64,000 bases of DNA from Squalus acanthias (lineage: Eukaryota). This document shows, piece after piece, positions 27,021-40,890 of this stretch; positions within the stretch are counted from its first letter, which is position 1; each line of letters starts with the position of its first letter. Location: positions 172,548,001-172,612,000 of the forward strand of contig CM059425.1 in NCBI GenBank assembly GCA_030390025.1. Reading direction: 5' to 3'. A program made the translations under genes and the position numbers. Under the pieces are notes generated by a model, which was not told the origin of the DNA, searched no databases, and saw only the letters and a program-made list of their open reading frames with translations.

Positions 27021-28202
27021 CCCATCTTCCTATGGGTTCATGCCGGTGATTCCCCACAGGAGAGAATTCTTAGCCTCAGCCACCCACTAGTCTTTCTTAT
27101 TGGGCAAGATGGAAAATAAGGGCACACCACTTTTCACTACTCTTGCACAATCCCTAGCAGTAGATTACAGAATATGACTGTGAAGGTCTGGGAGAATTAT
27201 ACTGTATATATCTACATACAAGATTAAAAACCTATGACTCTATTTGGAGATAAAAGCAAGAGACAAGACTTGTCCTCAAGCCTCTCTTTTGGATGGTTTC
27301 CTCTTAGCAGAGTAATTTCTCTGAAGATGATGGACCGAGCAGCAGGATTGTTACCAGTGCATTCCTATAACCTGGTGCTCTGCTTCTCTCCAGTGCTATG
27401 ATATTTAACAGCAACTCTGTTTCAATTTTAGTCCAGGCTCTTGCTGCTAATTTAAAATTAGAGATAGCCGAGTAGGATAGATACAGGGAGAAGAGGTTTA
27501 AAATCAGCAAGAGACAGGAGTGAAGTTGGGAAGCATAACTGTTGTTTCAGTATCAGTAATGGGAGAACCGGGCAACAGCTCATGAATCTACTGACAAATG
27601 AAAAATAACAAATGTAATTTATGGACACCAGCCAACACAAGGGTGAGAATTTTAGTGGGTAAAGTTTTAGAATATCAACCCATGTCTTATGAAGTGGGAT
27701 TCTGGGAGATATGTGGGCCATCTTATATTAAGAACAAGCAATATGTTCCCTGATCTCCACTAGTGTCACTCTAAACATCCATAAAAAAGGATAGAGAGTT
27801 GCAGAGATTCACTCACTCAAGGATTTTAAGTACAGTAAACAGTTATGTGCATCAGATCTTAATGAAACCGTGAATGTCTTTCCAGAATCCAATACAAGTT
27901 GTTCAAATACTGAGTTAATGAATGCCAGTGTGAATTCAAGTCATGTGATTATCAATCTCAGAGAGCTTCCTCAAAATGTTGTGCACACAACAGAATAATT
28001 TAACTTGGAACTTTTAACAACCGCTTGCCCCGCCCACCCCTCCCCATCACCAAATAAATATTGTTCCTTCTTACCACTCACCCCTTTTCAGCTCAGTCAA
28101 TAAAGGTTACAGACTTCAGAGATCAGGCAACAGGTGGAATTCAAGTACAATGAGCTTGATAATCATACCCAATCCTTTCCACCCCACCACCCAAAATATC
28201 GC

Positions 28203-28317
28203 GGGGTAATTTTAACCTAACTTGCCCAGTGGAAACCCAACGCAATCAGATCAGCCTCTTGTTTTACATGCTGACCTATTTTAGTTTTCACCAGGTGAGT
28301 TAGAGTTAAATTACCCC
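28203..28317. mobile_element. Small fold-back MITE
   Basis: Inverted ends ggggtaattttaac / gttaaattacccc. Confidence 0.55.
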
Positions 28318-29404
28318 CCTCATTTTTGGTATCAACCTGTGACTTGAATGAAAAAAGAACAAGACTTCGAACTACAGTGAATATTGCAATTCTCAAAGGG
28401 CTAGATGAACAATCAACTAAAAAAAGATGTGTGTCTTCACAGGACACATGCTTTATTTAAAAGAAAAAGAGCTGACAGTTTTCTTTACCCTGAAGACCTA
28501 CTCAAGGATGTCACAGGACAGCATACAATTTTGAAATATATTCCCCACCACTTATACCATGCCTATGCTTACGGCAGGCCACAGTCTATACCGGGCAATT
28601 TCCCATCACCACAGAAATCAATTACAAAGGTGCTGCTTACTGTATGCAAGTGCGCTGACTATTTCAGGCAATTCATTAAGCTCTTTGAACCTTTGTTGCT
28701 AATGGAAAGCATTTGAAATCCTCTAAAATACCCTGACATTTCAGTGGCAAAACAAAAGAAACTATTTACTCATTTAGCATAAATCACAATAAAAGCTGGA
28801 AGCTGCCCATGGTGCAGCGCAACTGACAGTTGCTGCCTACGAACTGAAATGGATGATGGGAGATGGAGGGGGCCAGGCACACACAGATAAATTAATCTCA
28901 GGGTCATATTATTTAACTTGAGTCTTAACTGCAACTATTTTCTACAAAAAAACACATTACCAACACCTTGCCTCTTGAATGGGAGCTAGTCAATTTCATC
29001 AACCACGGAATCAGGGCCACGAATCAAACACCGAACCGGGCAGAGAAACTACTTTGCTGAGAATTTTCCTACCAGATCAGAACAAACCCTCACTGATCCA
29101 ATCCTGCAGCAACAGGCGGAAGCTTAGACAGTCTGGCAGATTATTCCAAATATCTTTCACTTTTTGAATAAATTAATTCCTCCTAATACTGTACAGTATT
29201 ATCGATGGCTTTATCAGAGATTGTACTTCGCATGAACGTGTCTGCTATAAGCAGTGGGGACTGGGCTCTGTCGACTTTCTTGAAGTCCAGTGACTATACC
29301 ATCAAACATTTCAGTCTCTTTTTTCCCTCATCCTTTTGAAAGGCCAAATCTACTTATTCTTTTTAGACAGCACATATCACATTTGAAACACAACACACAT
29401 AAAC

Positions 29405-29599
29405 CGTTATCTTTTGAAACAGTGTTTAGCTCCATTCCTTCCCATTGGTGTTCATTTTCTTTTAACTGATTCCATGGCTTGGCAATAGAGGGACGAAAGC
29501 TAACATAAGCATGCCTTCTCCCGTATCTTCTTCCGGTGATAGTCTGATAACCTCCTGCTGGTCTGGGCCAGGCTGCCTTTCCAGACTCTTGACCCATCA
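29405..29599 (-). CDS. PJA2: PJA2 coding exon (N-terminus)
   Basis: Encodes [36 protein letters not shown], matching the conserved praja N-terminus. Acceptor ttttgtag|TGATG, donor AACG|gtttat, 195 nt, phase 1-1. Confidence 0.95.
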
Positions 29600-30570
29600 C
29601 TACAAAACAAAACAAAAAGGAAGTCAATTTAAACTGCACAAGAATCTAAATTATGTAACATTTCAATCTCTTCTCTCCTGTGTGTTTTACAATGGTATAA
29701 CACCAATATAGGTAATGTACACTGAAGCACAGTAATTGAAGGCATAGATAGAGTACTTCATATTCCATTTATTTACACAAGTATATGCAAAATTATTTTA
29801 GTTTACCACATATTTTCAATTTTGGTGTCATCCTGCACTGGAGGTCCTGGCCCTTCACTTGAGGTTCTCAACAAAAAAATGAATTTGACTTCTGCTTACC
29901 ACAATAAGTTATGCAGTTTGATCTCTTTATAGGCTTCCAAAAGCTCGAGACTCAAAACAGAGCCCTGGGGGTAGTTTTCAACTTCACCACCTGGGCAGTA
30001 ACCTGGCAGACTGGATCACCCAACCATATGGACATCTGGAAGTCCAAATAGACGACATCCACAGACATCATACTGGTGACCTCCTCAAAAAATTCATTTG
30101 GATTAGTCAAACATGACCTATTCATCACAAATCCATGCCAACTCTCTGATCAGCTCACAAGCGTCCAATTGTTTATTCGCTCTGTCCTGGATGATAGATT
30201 CCAGGTCTGTAGTTACCTGGTTTCTCCATCCCTTCCTTCTTAAATAATCGAGTGACATTGCAATTTTTCAGTCCAAAAGGCACAATTACGGAATCTAAAG
30301 TTTCATTTTGGAAGGAAGAATGACAGGCAATATAAACCAAATGGTACAATTTTAAAGAGGGTGAAGGAACAAAGATCTGGGGGTAGACATACACAAATCT
30401 TTGAAGATGGCAGGAGGACAAGTTGATAAAACTGTTTAAAAAAAGAGCATAGGTGATCCATGGCTTTATAAATAGAGGTCATGATGCGGAGATGCCGGTG
30501 TTGGACTGGGGTGGACAAAATTGAGAGGTCGCACAACACCAGGTTATAGTCCAACAGTTTTATTTTAAAT

Positions 30571-30606
30571 CACAAGCTTTCGGAGTTAAAACTCCTTCGT
30601 CGGGTG
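30571..30606 (-). ncRNA. Minimal hammerhead ribozyme-like motif (CCGACGA core variant)
   Basis: Inverted copy of 31412-31447 in the other Penelope arm. Confidence 0.6.
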
Positions 30607-31411
30607 AAGTGAGGAGATACAGAATCGTCAAAGCATATATAGATAGAGAACAAAGCATGTGTAACTTACAATTGCAGACAACTGAATTCAATCATCCTGA
30701 CTGTTTATCTGCCGAGGTGTGATAAAGTTAATCAGGTCAGGAAGGTACCACATCAAAGACATAGCAAGATACAACTGAGACAATGAGGTGGAATCGCATG
30801 GGGTCGAACGTGTCAAAAGCTGCCGTCTGTATGTAAAACGATTAACTTTAAAATTTTTACTTTTTTACTGGGAATCACATCTGTGAACAAGCCAACGACG
30901 ACTCGAGTCCGGATCACGTCATGTATCGTGACATAAACCCAAGATCCCGATTGAGACCGTCTTCATGAGTGCGGAACTTGGCTATCAGTTTCTGCTCGAT
31001 GATTTTGCGTTGTCGTGTTTTCCTAAGGTCGCCTTGGAGAACGCTTACCCGCAGATCCGAGGCTGAATGTCCTTGACTGCTGAAGTGTTCCCCGACTGGG
31101 AGGTAACAATCCTGCCTGGCGATTGTTGCGCGGTGCTCGTTCATACGTTGTCTCAGTGTCTGCATGGTCTCGCCGATCGTTTTACATACAGACGGCAGCT
31201 TTTGACACGTTCGACCCCATGCGATTCCACCTCATTGTCTCAGTTGTATCTTGCTATGTCTTTGATGTGGTACCTTCCTGACCTGATTAACTTTATCACA
31301 CCTCGGCAGATAAACAGTCAGGATGATTGAATTCAGTTGTCTGCAATTGTAAGTCACACATGCTTTGTTCTCTATCTATATATGCTTTGACGATTCTGTA
31401 TCTCCTCACTT

Positions 31412-31447
31412 CACCCGACGAAGGAGTTTTAACTCCGAAAGCTTGTG
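31412..31447 (+). ncRNA. Minimal hammerhead ribozyme-like motif (CCGACGA core variant)
   Basis: CAC-CCGACGA-A-GGAG-UUUUAA-CUCC-GAAA-GC-UU-GUG in the Penelope arm. Confidence 0.6.
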
Positions 31448-32109
31448 ATTTAAAATAAAACTGTTGGACTATAACCTGGTGTTGTGCGACCTCTCAATTT
31501 TATAAATAGAGACAGAGTACAAAAGCAAGGAAGTTATGCTAATCCTTTATAAAATCACAGGCTAGGCCTCAGCTGGAGCACTGCGTTCAATTCTGGGCAC
31601 CACACTTTAGGAAGGATGTCAAGGCCTTGGAGAGGGTGCAGGAGATTTACTAGAATTATACCAGGGATGAAGGAATTCAGTTACGTGGAGAGACTGGAGA
31701 ATTTGGGGTTGTTCTCCTTACAGCAGAGAAGGTTAAGGGGAGATTTAATAGAGGTGCTCAAAATTATGAAGGGTTTTGATAAGAGTAAATAAGGAGAAAC
31801 GGTTTCCACTGGCAGGAGAATCGGTAACCAGAGGACACAGATTTAAGGTAATTGGCAAAAGGAAGATGAGTGTTTTTTTTTAATATAAGCGCAGCAAGTG
31901 AGGATCTGGAATGCACTGCCTGAAAGGGTGGTGAAAGTAAATTGAATAGTACCTGTCAAAAGGGGACTGAATATATACTTGAAAAAAGAAAAATTTGCAG
32001 GGCTTTCGGGAAAGACTAGGGGTGTGAGACTAATTGGATAGCTCTTTCAAAGAGCCTGCACAGGCACGACGGGCCACATAGAATTTTGCAGCACAGAAAT
32101 AGGCTATGG

Positions 32110-33480
32110 TTCTAGAGACCTCTGGTAATTTTCTCACCTATTCCCTTTTTATACTCTGGGTGGAAAGAATCAGGTCTTCGGGGATTTGTCCATCTTAAGA
32201 CCCATTATTTTCTCAATTATCATTTTTTAAAGTTATATTAAATCCACCAAGTTCCTCCACTTGACTTATTTTTAGGTTTGCTGGTACTTTGTCCTCTTCC
32301 TCCACTGAAAACGGATACAAAGTATTAATTTAACAAATCTGCCATTTCTTTACTGCCCATGTCTTGCCTGTATCTGTCTTTCCCCCCTTACTGTTCTCTC
32401 TCTCCCTCCCTAATGCATAAAAACTTTTGCTGTTAGCTTTGATAATTTTTTCTTCATATTATCATTTTGCACTTCTCATTACTTTCTTTGTACTCCTTTG
32501 TTGCATTTTACAGCTCTCACTCTGCTGCATTTCTACTTTTCCGTGCAATTATGTAAGCTTTTACTTTCAGCTCGATGCTGTTTCTTACATTTGTTGACCA
32601 TGGTTGCTTAACTACACAAGTGGAGCCTTTGCCTTTTAGGGTATGTACTGGTTTTGTATCGTACCAAGTACTTCTTTGAATACGTCTCTGTAGGTTAACC
32701 ATGAACAGTTCAGCCCGGTTTACGGTGGTCAATTCATTTCAGCTTTTCAAATATTGCCTTGCTTAAATTTACTCTCCCTCTCAAATCCATTAATCAAATT
32801 CAATCATATGGTCACTATTTGCAAGATGTTCCTTTTCCATCAGATTGTCAACTAATTCTGCTTTGTTAATCGTCACTATATCTAGTACAGCCTGTTCCCT
32901 TGTCAGTTCTAGGACATACGTCCCGAATACATTCTAGAAATTCACTGCATTTACCAATTGAGCTATTCTGATTCTCCCAGTCTGTGAGAATATTAAAATT
33001 TCCCATTACAACCACATTGTTTTTGTTACATGCTTCCCTGATCTCCATATTTATCAGGTCTGTAGACAATTACTGCCAGAGTCTTGCACCCTTTGCTGCT
33101 CCTTATCTCTACCTAGTGTTTCCACTGCCTGATCACCCTTACTGAAATCCCTACTTTCTACTGCTGCAATTGTGTCTCATCAATATTGCTACTCATCCTT
33201 CTTTCTCAATTTCCCGGTCATTTCTAAAGATCCTATCGCCTGGAATATTTAGCTCCCAATCATGCCCAGACAGGTAGCTAATGGCTACTACATCAAACGC
33301 TTTAAGCCCAATTTGTGCTTCTAACTCACTTGTTCTACCTGCAGAACTCATTTGGGTAACTGTTCCTACCATGCCCATATGTCCTGCTGGTCGTCTTCTC
33401 ACTTTTTGGACTTACTACATGGATTTTCCCCTCCCACCCCCCCCAAACTAGTTTAAATCTTTCCCCACTGCCCTAGTTAC
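32110..33480 (-). mobile_element. Old CR1 endonuclease/linker fragment
   Basis: EIREACNKNNVVVMGNFN and WELNIPGDRIFRNDR, APE endonuclease-like motifs. Confidence 0.8.
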
Positions 33481-33719
33481 CTTCTACAACAATAAAAGCT
33501 AGGCGACAGTAATAAAAACCTGTGTTCACCTGAAAAGCTTTCAAAATTCAACTCTTATTTGGTTTGGAAAGATTTTAAAAAGTCTAGGAAGACTAAGTGT
33601 GCACCCGACTGGGTGTTCTACTTTCTGACTTGGGTTGTCTCCATTTGCTTACATGAAATTTTACCTGAAACGCATCTGCAGTCGGTTTTCAAATAATCTG
33701 GCAAATCTCAAGACATTCA

Positions 33720-34745
33720 AATCCAACATCTCCAGCCTCTCCAAAGTCCTTGAATGTGTTGTCACCTTCCAATTCCATGCCCATTTTTCCAGCAACTCAA
33801 AGTATGAACCTCTCCAATCAGGTTTCCGCCCCTGCTGCAGCACTGAAATAGTCGTAATCAAAGTCACAATTGCCATCCTCAGTGACTGTAATGCACTAGC
33901 CCTCCTCAGCATTCTCACCTTATCTGCAGCTTTTGACCTGGTTGACCACACCATCCTCCTCCAACACCTCTCCTGCATTGTCTAGTTGAGTGGGACTATT
34001 TTCAAAAAAGTGAATGTGCCACTGTCTCAAGCTGAACCAGACTGGTCGCAATCTCGGCAACGCATCGGACCCAGAGCTGAGCTTCTGACTCCCTATCTTC
34101 TCCTTGATAAAGATCGCCTACTTTCACCTCTAATATCGTCCATCTCTGCCCCTGCATTGGCTTATCTGCTGCTGAAACCCTCATCTATGCCTTTGTTACT
34201 TCTAGACTGGACTATTCTAATGCTATCCTGGCTGGTCTCCCATTTTCCACCCTCCGTAAACTTCAGCTCATCCAACACTCTGCTGCCTGTATCCTCATTC
34301 ACACCAAGTCCTCTTTACAAATCACCCGTACTTGCTGACCTACATTGGTTCCCAGTCCACCAAATGCTGGAATTTTAAAATTCTCATCCTGGTGTTCAAA
34401 TCCCTCCATGGCCTCGCCCCTTCTCATCTTTAACTTCCTGCATGCCTACAACTCTCAAAGAACTCGATGCTCCTCCAACTCTGGCCTCTTGTGCATCCAC
34501 CACTTTGTTCACCCCACCATCGGCAGCCGTACCTTCAGCTGTCTAGGCCCCAAGCCTGTTCCCCCCCACATGCCCCCCCTCCCTCCTTTCTTCCCCGCCC
34601 CGCCAACTTTAAGAAGCTCCTTAAAACCTACCTCTTTTACCAAGATTTTAGCTTAGTGTCAATTTTTGTCTGGCTACGCTCCTGAGAAGTGCCTTGGGAC
34701 GTTTCACTATGTTAATAGGGACGGTATAAATGCATGTTGTTGTTT
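33720..34745 (+). mobile_element. L2 LINE fragment
   Basis: LQSGFRP..STE, LSAAFDLVDHTILL and LADLHWFPV motifs, with an L2-type tail ending (tgt)n. Confidence 0.85.
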
Positions 34746-35211
34746 AGACAGGAAGGAGGGTTTAGAAATAGGGGGTAGTTGGAGAGAATCAGTGAATCAA
34801 CAGTGGAGTTTTTCTGGAAAGGGAATGGAATGGTACCTGAATAAAGGGAGTGGGACACAGGAGATCAAGGGGGCAGAAGGTAGAGAAGAGCTTGAAGAGT
34901 GCTGGGGAGGAGACAGAGATAAGCTGTAAAGTGACAGGGAAGGAAAAAAGGTTTCTGCTGAGCCGAGTTCTCAATATGGAGACAAAGAAATCTATCAGCT
35001 CCTCATACCAAAGCATCCTCTGTAAATGGCTTGAATTGCTGTCAAATCAGCAACATTCGCCTCAGAAAAATATTTATTTGAAATAAAAAATTCAGAGTGC
35101 TTTTTTTCGATAAGTTGAAAATATTTCTATCCCCCCACCCCGACAAATTAAATTCTCACACAATTGTGTTTTTTGACACCAATCCAAGGAGGCAGAGCAT
35201 ACAAACATAAA

Positions 35212-35930
35212 GGTCCGGATATTCCGATCCCTACGGGTGGGTACGCGCTGTGTACACACCCATAGGGACATCAGAAATGCCGGTTTCAGGCATGCGCTGG
35301 AAACCGGCATTTCCGATCTGTCAAGAAAGCTCTTGACAGATCCTCCGGCTGCCCGGGAGAAGGGCCTCTGCGGGCGGATAGTTCCGCTTTTTGGAGACCC
35401 TCCACCCGCAGAAAACCCTTACAATTCTTGCGCCTGGTAAAAGCAGGCGTAAGGCCTGTTTTTACCAGGATAAGAGTTGAAAAAAGTGAAAAAAAAATTC
35501 TCAACTGATTTGCCATTTAAAAATACTTTAAAAAGAGTTTATTTTTAGCCCCATAAAAAAATTTAATTATTTTTTTCAAAAATTTAAAGTTTGTTTAAAA
35601 TAGTTAATTTATTGGACTCGTCATTTTAAAAATGTGATTTTTAAAAAAAAATTATTGAAAGTTTTACTATGTTTTGGGGGTGATCTCCATTCATATATTT
35701 GACAGGTCTTCCTGTCAAATGTATGAAGGGAGATTCCCTTCTTTGATTGGCTCCCCATGGCCCACGTGATCCCAGGGACGCTGCGAACTACCTGCGCCTC
35801 TGGGATACGTGGGCCCTGCGCACCGGCAGTTTGGAGAGGCCCAGCATTGTGCGCGTCCCGGGAGCCCTCAGGTAAGGGTGCAGATTTTTCCAGATTGCAG
35901 TCCTCCGCCTGCGATCGGAATATCTGGGCC
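35212..35930. mobile_element. PIF/Harbinger-type MITE
   Basis: TIRs ggtccggatattccgatc / gatcggaatatctgggcc, 3-bp TSD aaa, AT-rich core with an internal hairpin. Confidence 0.85.
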
Positions 35931-38794
35931 AAAGTACTCAAGTTTATAGCTAGTTTTGTCAGTCATAAAAACTGCTACAATTTACTCAAAGGGATTATTT
36001 ACTTCACATACAAACCCCAAAATCAGTGCTTTATAATTTTCAGGTACTCGCTGAAGTAAAAAAAAAAGTAGATTTTCATAGTTTAGAATTGTTTAAATGT
36101 GAGCTAGCCTGAAAAAAAATGAAAATTGCTTTTCAAAGGATGCGAAAATAGAAGGAGAAATGCTTTTACACTGAAGAGACATCAAGCACTGCGAAAATCT
36201 TGAGATGCATGCATGGGGGAAAAATACAAATTTCAAGCTCAGGCTCTTGCAAGGCTGATCCCCTGGAGTAAAAAACATCAATAAAGCTACTGAAAGGCAA
36301 GACAAATTTATGGGTAAACAATCAATCAATGTGAAAAATGTAATGTTTATGTCTTTTAGGTTACAAACCTGATTTTGGACAACAGAAATTTAATTCACTA
36401 AGGAAAAGATGGTGGCTGAAAAAGTATTTTGAAAGTATTTTGAGAGACTTGACTGGTTCACCTTCAAGTAATTTCCACATCAGTGAACTACAATTAAGTT
36501 AAAATTAGCCAACCAGCTAATACAAGTTTCTTCTAGCTGAAAAATGCAGAGACAATAGCAAGAAATTTCTAACTGAAAAATCTGATTAAGAAATGTATAT
36601 ACAAGGTGTGACAAAAAGTGATACAAACATGGGCGACATACTGTTTTTAAGATATACTAGTCAATCTCCTGTGACATGTACATGGAGTTAAGACGGAGTT
36701 CAGGCTTCAGCTGAAGTGGGGGTAGAAGGTAGGGAATAGTTAGGCCACAATGTGCAAACATAATTCAGTCCCGATCGTAAAGTTATGACCTGTTCTTTTT
36801 TATACATGAACTTGGAGTTTATACATGAACTTGGAGTGTTTACAACTACTAGTCAATGTCTCATGGTGCTGCACATAGTTAGAGAACATGACTGCTGTCC
36901 TACCCATCTAGTTGTTCAACTAGAGTAAATTCTGCGTTGTGATTACAATTGAACTGAAGCAAAAAGTTTGATATCCAGGTTTCACATCTCCAAGCGTCGC
37001 AGTGGCCATGACACGCACCCGCACGATGCAATCTCAGCTCTATTTAAAAGGGACAATGTACAAATGGAAATTGGAGGAGCCAAGAGGTGTTTACGATGGA
37101 TGCTGTACATAGAGCAAGGGCAGCACCCATATTTAATGATGCATCACTGGAATTACTGCTGGGTGCAGTGAGGAACATACTTTTTCCCCAAACAATGGGA
37201 GGAGGAAATCTGCAGTTCTCACCAAGACAGCGTGGTTGGAGGTAGCGGAGGAGATTAGCAGCAGGAACATTGTGCCCCGGTCTTGGATGCAGGGCAGGAA
37301 ACGATTTAATGACCTAACCAGGTCAGGAAAAGCAAGTGCATCTGCTGATTCACCTACATCTTGTGGTTTAAGCGCCCCCTCACTCTGTTTTGCCAAGCGT
37401 ACTCCATCACATCACTCCTCACACCCACTCAATTTTTAGCAGCACTCAGCCTTCACTTTCTATGTATTCCATCACTTCCCCATTTATCCATCCACCATTG
37501 CCACTCACCCCAATCCTTATGCAATGTGATGCATCTGTTTCAGTCACCCTCACCAAATGCACTGCAGCCATCAGGTGAATACCTGGCCTTCACTCACAGG
37601 TCTGTTTTTCCACCACTTATAGCAATATGCAAGGAAGAGGGAGAGGACTGGAAGTGGGCCACCACAAATAGTCCAGCTAAAAGAAGCAGAGAAGGTGCCC
37701 TGGGAGATAAGTGGCACATCTGTGGTCAACTCAGAGATGGAGAGACAGGGTACTCGCAAATAGCTGGTGGAAGAATTACAAATATCACTGATGCACATAT
37801 GCTGACTTTATTTCATCAATGACTGAACTATGAGAAGACAGAGTATGGTGACTTAAAGATCACAACTTTGCCATGACTATTTCATATTTTTTCTTTTGTC
37901 TTCCAGGGTATTCACACGTACAGCAAGTGTTGCTGGACATGCATGTGGACAATTCCTCAAGTCCTCATTCTTGAGGGTGCACCGTCACAGGACATACAGT
38001 CATGCACCAATGGAAATACTTGCACTTTGGTGGGTCCAGTTAGACAGTTGGTTGGTTTTTCAACCAATTATTCACAACTCACAAGTGAGCATGAGCAGAC
38101 ACCAGTAGCAAGAACAGCTGTGGTGGAGAGTCCACGTCGGCAGGCCGGGGGGGGGGGAAATGCAATCCTCTCCAAGCTCTGCTCAGCTGAACAGACGCTG
38201 AATCCCAGGAGCCATCATTGAGAAGGAGAATACTAGGTGTATCAGCAACTTAGCCAGGTACTGACAGACATGCTATGCACTCTCTCCCCAATAGCGGAGA
38301 GGAAGGACGAGCCCAACTCTATCACTAGGGGATTGGTGGAGCAGTGAATTGCGAGAATGTCTGCCATGGAGAGAGTGGCCACCTCCACGGAGTTTCAAGC
38401 ACGGCTCTCAAATAAGTCCATGCAGGGCAAGACCACGGCCGTGCAGGAGATGTCTACGTCCTTAAACAGGATGACGGATACCATATCCCTGGCCTTACAA
38501 TGAGTCACTGATCTCCACTAAGCTGGTCTGCAGCAGAATGGTAGGAGTGATGTGGCACTGCCCCAGGAGAGGGATGATGGCGAGGGGGGACATGGAAGTG
38601 TGAATTCCACTCAATGCACTCCCACTTCTCACTTCTTGCAGGACTCCAGAGACAAGAGCGGGAAGATAAGATTCTCTGGCTACGACTGGATAGATAAGAA
38701 TGGAACTAGGAGAGGGCAGCCCCACACAGTTGGACTATGGAGGAGGCATTGGAGGATGGCATGGGCAACCGTGTCAAGGGCTGCAGCCAGGTCA

Positions 38795-39128
38795 AGAAAC
38801 ATAGAAACATAGAATCTAGGAGCAGGAGTAGGCCATTCGGCCCGTCGAGCCTGCTCCACCATTCAATACGATCATGGCTGATCATCCAAATCCAGTACCC
38901 TGTCCCTGCTTTAATCCCCACAGTACACATATCCCACCCTACCCCCGTAACCCCACGTATTTAATTCCCCCTAACATATCCCATCCTATCCCCATAACCC
39001 CACATATTTAATCCCCCCCTAACACTAAGGGTCAATTTATCATAGCCAAATCAACCTAACCCGCACATCTTTGGACTGTGGGAGGAAACCGGAGCACCCG
39101 GAGGAAACCCACGCAGACACGGGGAGAA
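38795..39128 (-). mobile_element. HE1/V-SINE family fragment
   Basis: V-domain TTCTCCCCGTGTCTGCGTGGGTTTCCTCCGGGTGCTCCGGTTTCCTCCCACAGTCCAAAGATGTGC on the minus strand with a CR1-derived tail; inserted in an L2 fragment (38700-39270). Confidence 0.85.
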
Positions 39129-40084
39129 GAGGGAGGAGGGACAGTTTACCACGGTCGCAGTCACATAGGATGTAATTTGTGACTTTGCTAAGGGCCGTTT
39201 CAGTGCTGTGGTGGGTGCGGAAACCTGATTGGAGGGGTTCAAACAAAGTTGCGGGAAAGATGGGAAATAGAAGTGATGGGCTCAGCCAAAAGGCGCGTGC
39301 GAATGGACGCAGGGATGCAAGTTATATAAACGTGGTTACATAGTAAGATTAGGATAGATATGATAGGATAGATAACAAAGAGAGGAGACATTAGGAGGGA
39401 GTCCAAAGTTAAAGTCAAAGTCAGAGATCCTGTGGTGGGATAAAGTTGATGTAGATAGAATGGGGTTTTATGATGAATACATGCTGGTATTGTGCTGGAA
39501 AATTTCATTTGTTAGGTTTTCCTGTGCAATTCAACACTGGCTGAAGCTTTGCGCTATTAGGGCATCCCTGGCATCAATGTATGCAGCTGGTCTGGCGATG
39601 GGTGTCCCATCTTCAACCTCCTCCTCCATTTTCTCCTCATCCAAAGATGAGTGATGAGCCCCTTCATCCTCCTCCATCTACAATCCTCTCTGCCCTGCAA
39701 CACTGTGCAGGACACAGCACACCACTATTATTCTGGACACACTTGCTGGCGAGTACTGAAGGACTCTAGACCTATCCAGGCACCTGAAGCACATCTTCAG
39801 CATTCCAATGGCTTGCTCTATGACACACCTGGTGGTCATGTGGCTCTCGTAGCACTCTTGTACCTCATTAGTGGGGTTCCGCACAGGTCATGAACAAAGT
39901 TTGAAGGCGGTACCCCTCGTCTCCCAAGTGCCAGCCCTCAAGTCTGCTTCCTGGAACAAAAAGGTCTGCAATGTTGGACTGTCACAGTATGAATGCATCA
40001 TGAGAGCGCCCAAGGAATTTGGCACACACTTTCATGAACCTCTTCTTGTAGTTGCACACCAACTGCGCACAGATTTTTTTTTTA

Positions 40085-40890
40085 ATTAATTCTTGGGCGT
40101 CGCTGGCAAGGCCAGCATTTATTGCCCATCCATAATTGCCCTCTAGAAGGTGGTGGTAAGCCGCCTTCTTAAACCGTTGCATTCCGAGTGCTGAAGGTAC
40201 TTCCACAGTGCTGTTAGGGAGGGAGTTCCAGGATTTTGACCCAGCGACAATGAAGGAACGGCAATATATTTCCAAGTCAGGATGGTGTGTAACTTGGAGG
40301 TGATGGTGTTCCCATGCACCTGCTGCCCTTGTCCTTCTAGGTGGTAGAGGTCACAGGTTTGGGAGGTGCTGCTGAAGAAGCCTTGGCGAGTTGCTGCAGT
40401 GCATCTAATAGATGGTACACAGTGCAGCCACGGGGTGGAGGGAGTGAATGGGGTGCCAATCAAGCTGGCTGCTTTGTCCTGGATGGTGTTAAGCTTCGCG
40501 TGTTGTTGGAGCTGCACTTATCCAGGCAAGTGGAGAGTATTCCATCACAATCCTGACTTGTGCCTTGTAGATGGTGGTAAGGTTTTGGTGAGTCAGGAGG
40601 GGAGACACTCTCCGCAGAATACCCAGCCTCTGACCTGCTCTTGTTGCCACAGTATTTATGTGGCTGGTCCAGTTAAGTTTCTGGTCAATGGTGACTCCCA
40701 GACTGCTGTTGGTGGGGGAATGCAATGATGGTAATGCAGTTGAATGTCAAGGGGCAGTGGTTAGACGCTTGCTTGTTGTACTTAGTCATTGCCTGGCATG
40801 AATTTTACTTGCCACTTATCAGCCCAAGCCTGAATGTTGTCCAGGTCTTGCTGCATGTGGGCATGGACTGCTTCATTATCTGAGGAGTTG
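40085..40890 (-). mobile_element. CR1-group LINE 3' fragment inside the Harbinger transposase
   Basis: LGVTIDQKLNWTSHI and IYKAQVRIVMEYSP motifs. Confidence 0.85.

Larger units (their letters stand above)
30478..31498 (-). mobile_element. 5'-truncated Penelope-like element with inverted pseudo-LTRs
   Basis: GIY-YIG endonuclease C-terminus (IGETMQTLRQRMNEHR...PVGEHF...GLNRDLG, 30914-31177) between about 326-bp inverted arms (30517-30842 and 31176-31501); 13-bp TSD tttataaatagag. Confidence 0.92.
30305..32085 (+). mobile_element. CR1 3' fragment hosting the Penelope insertion
   Basis: CR1 sequence is continuous across the TSD (ggctttataaatagag...cagagtacaaaagc). Confidence 0.85.

Noticed and set aside
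36798..36837. 20-bp tandem duplication ttttatacatgaacttggag
   Set aside because: Simple local duplication with no further structure.
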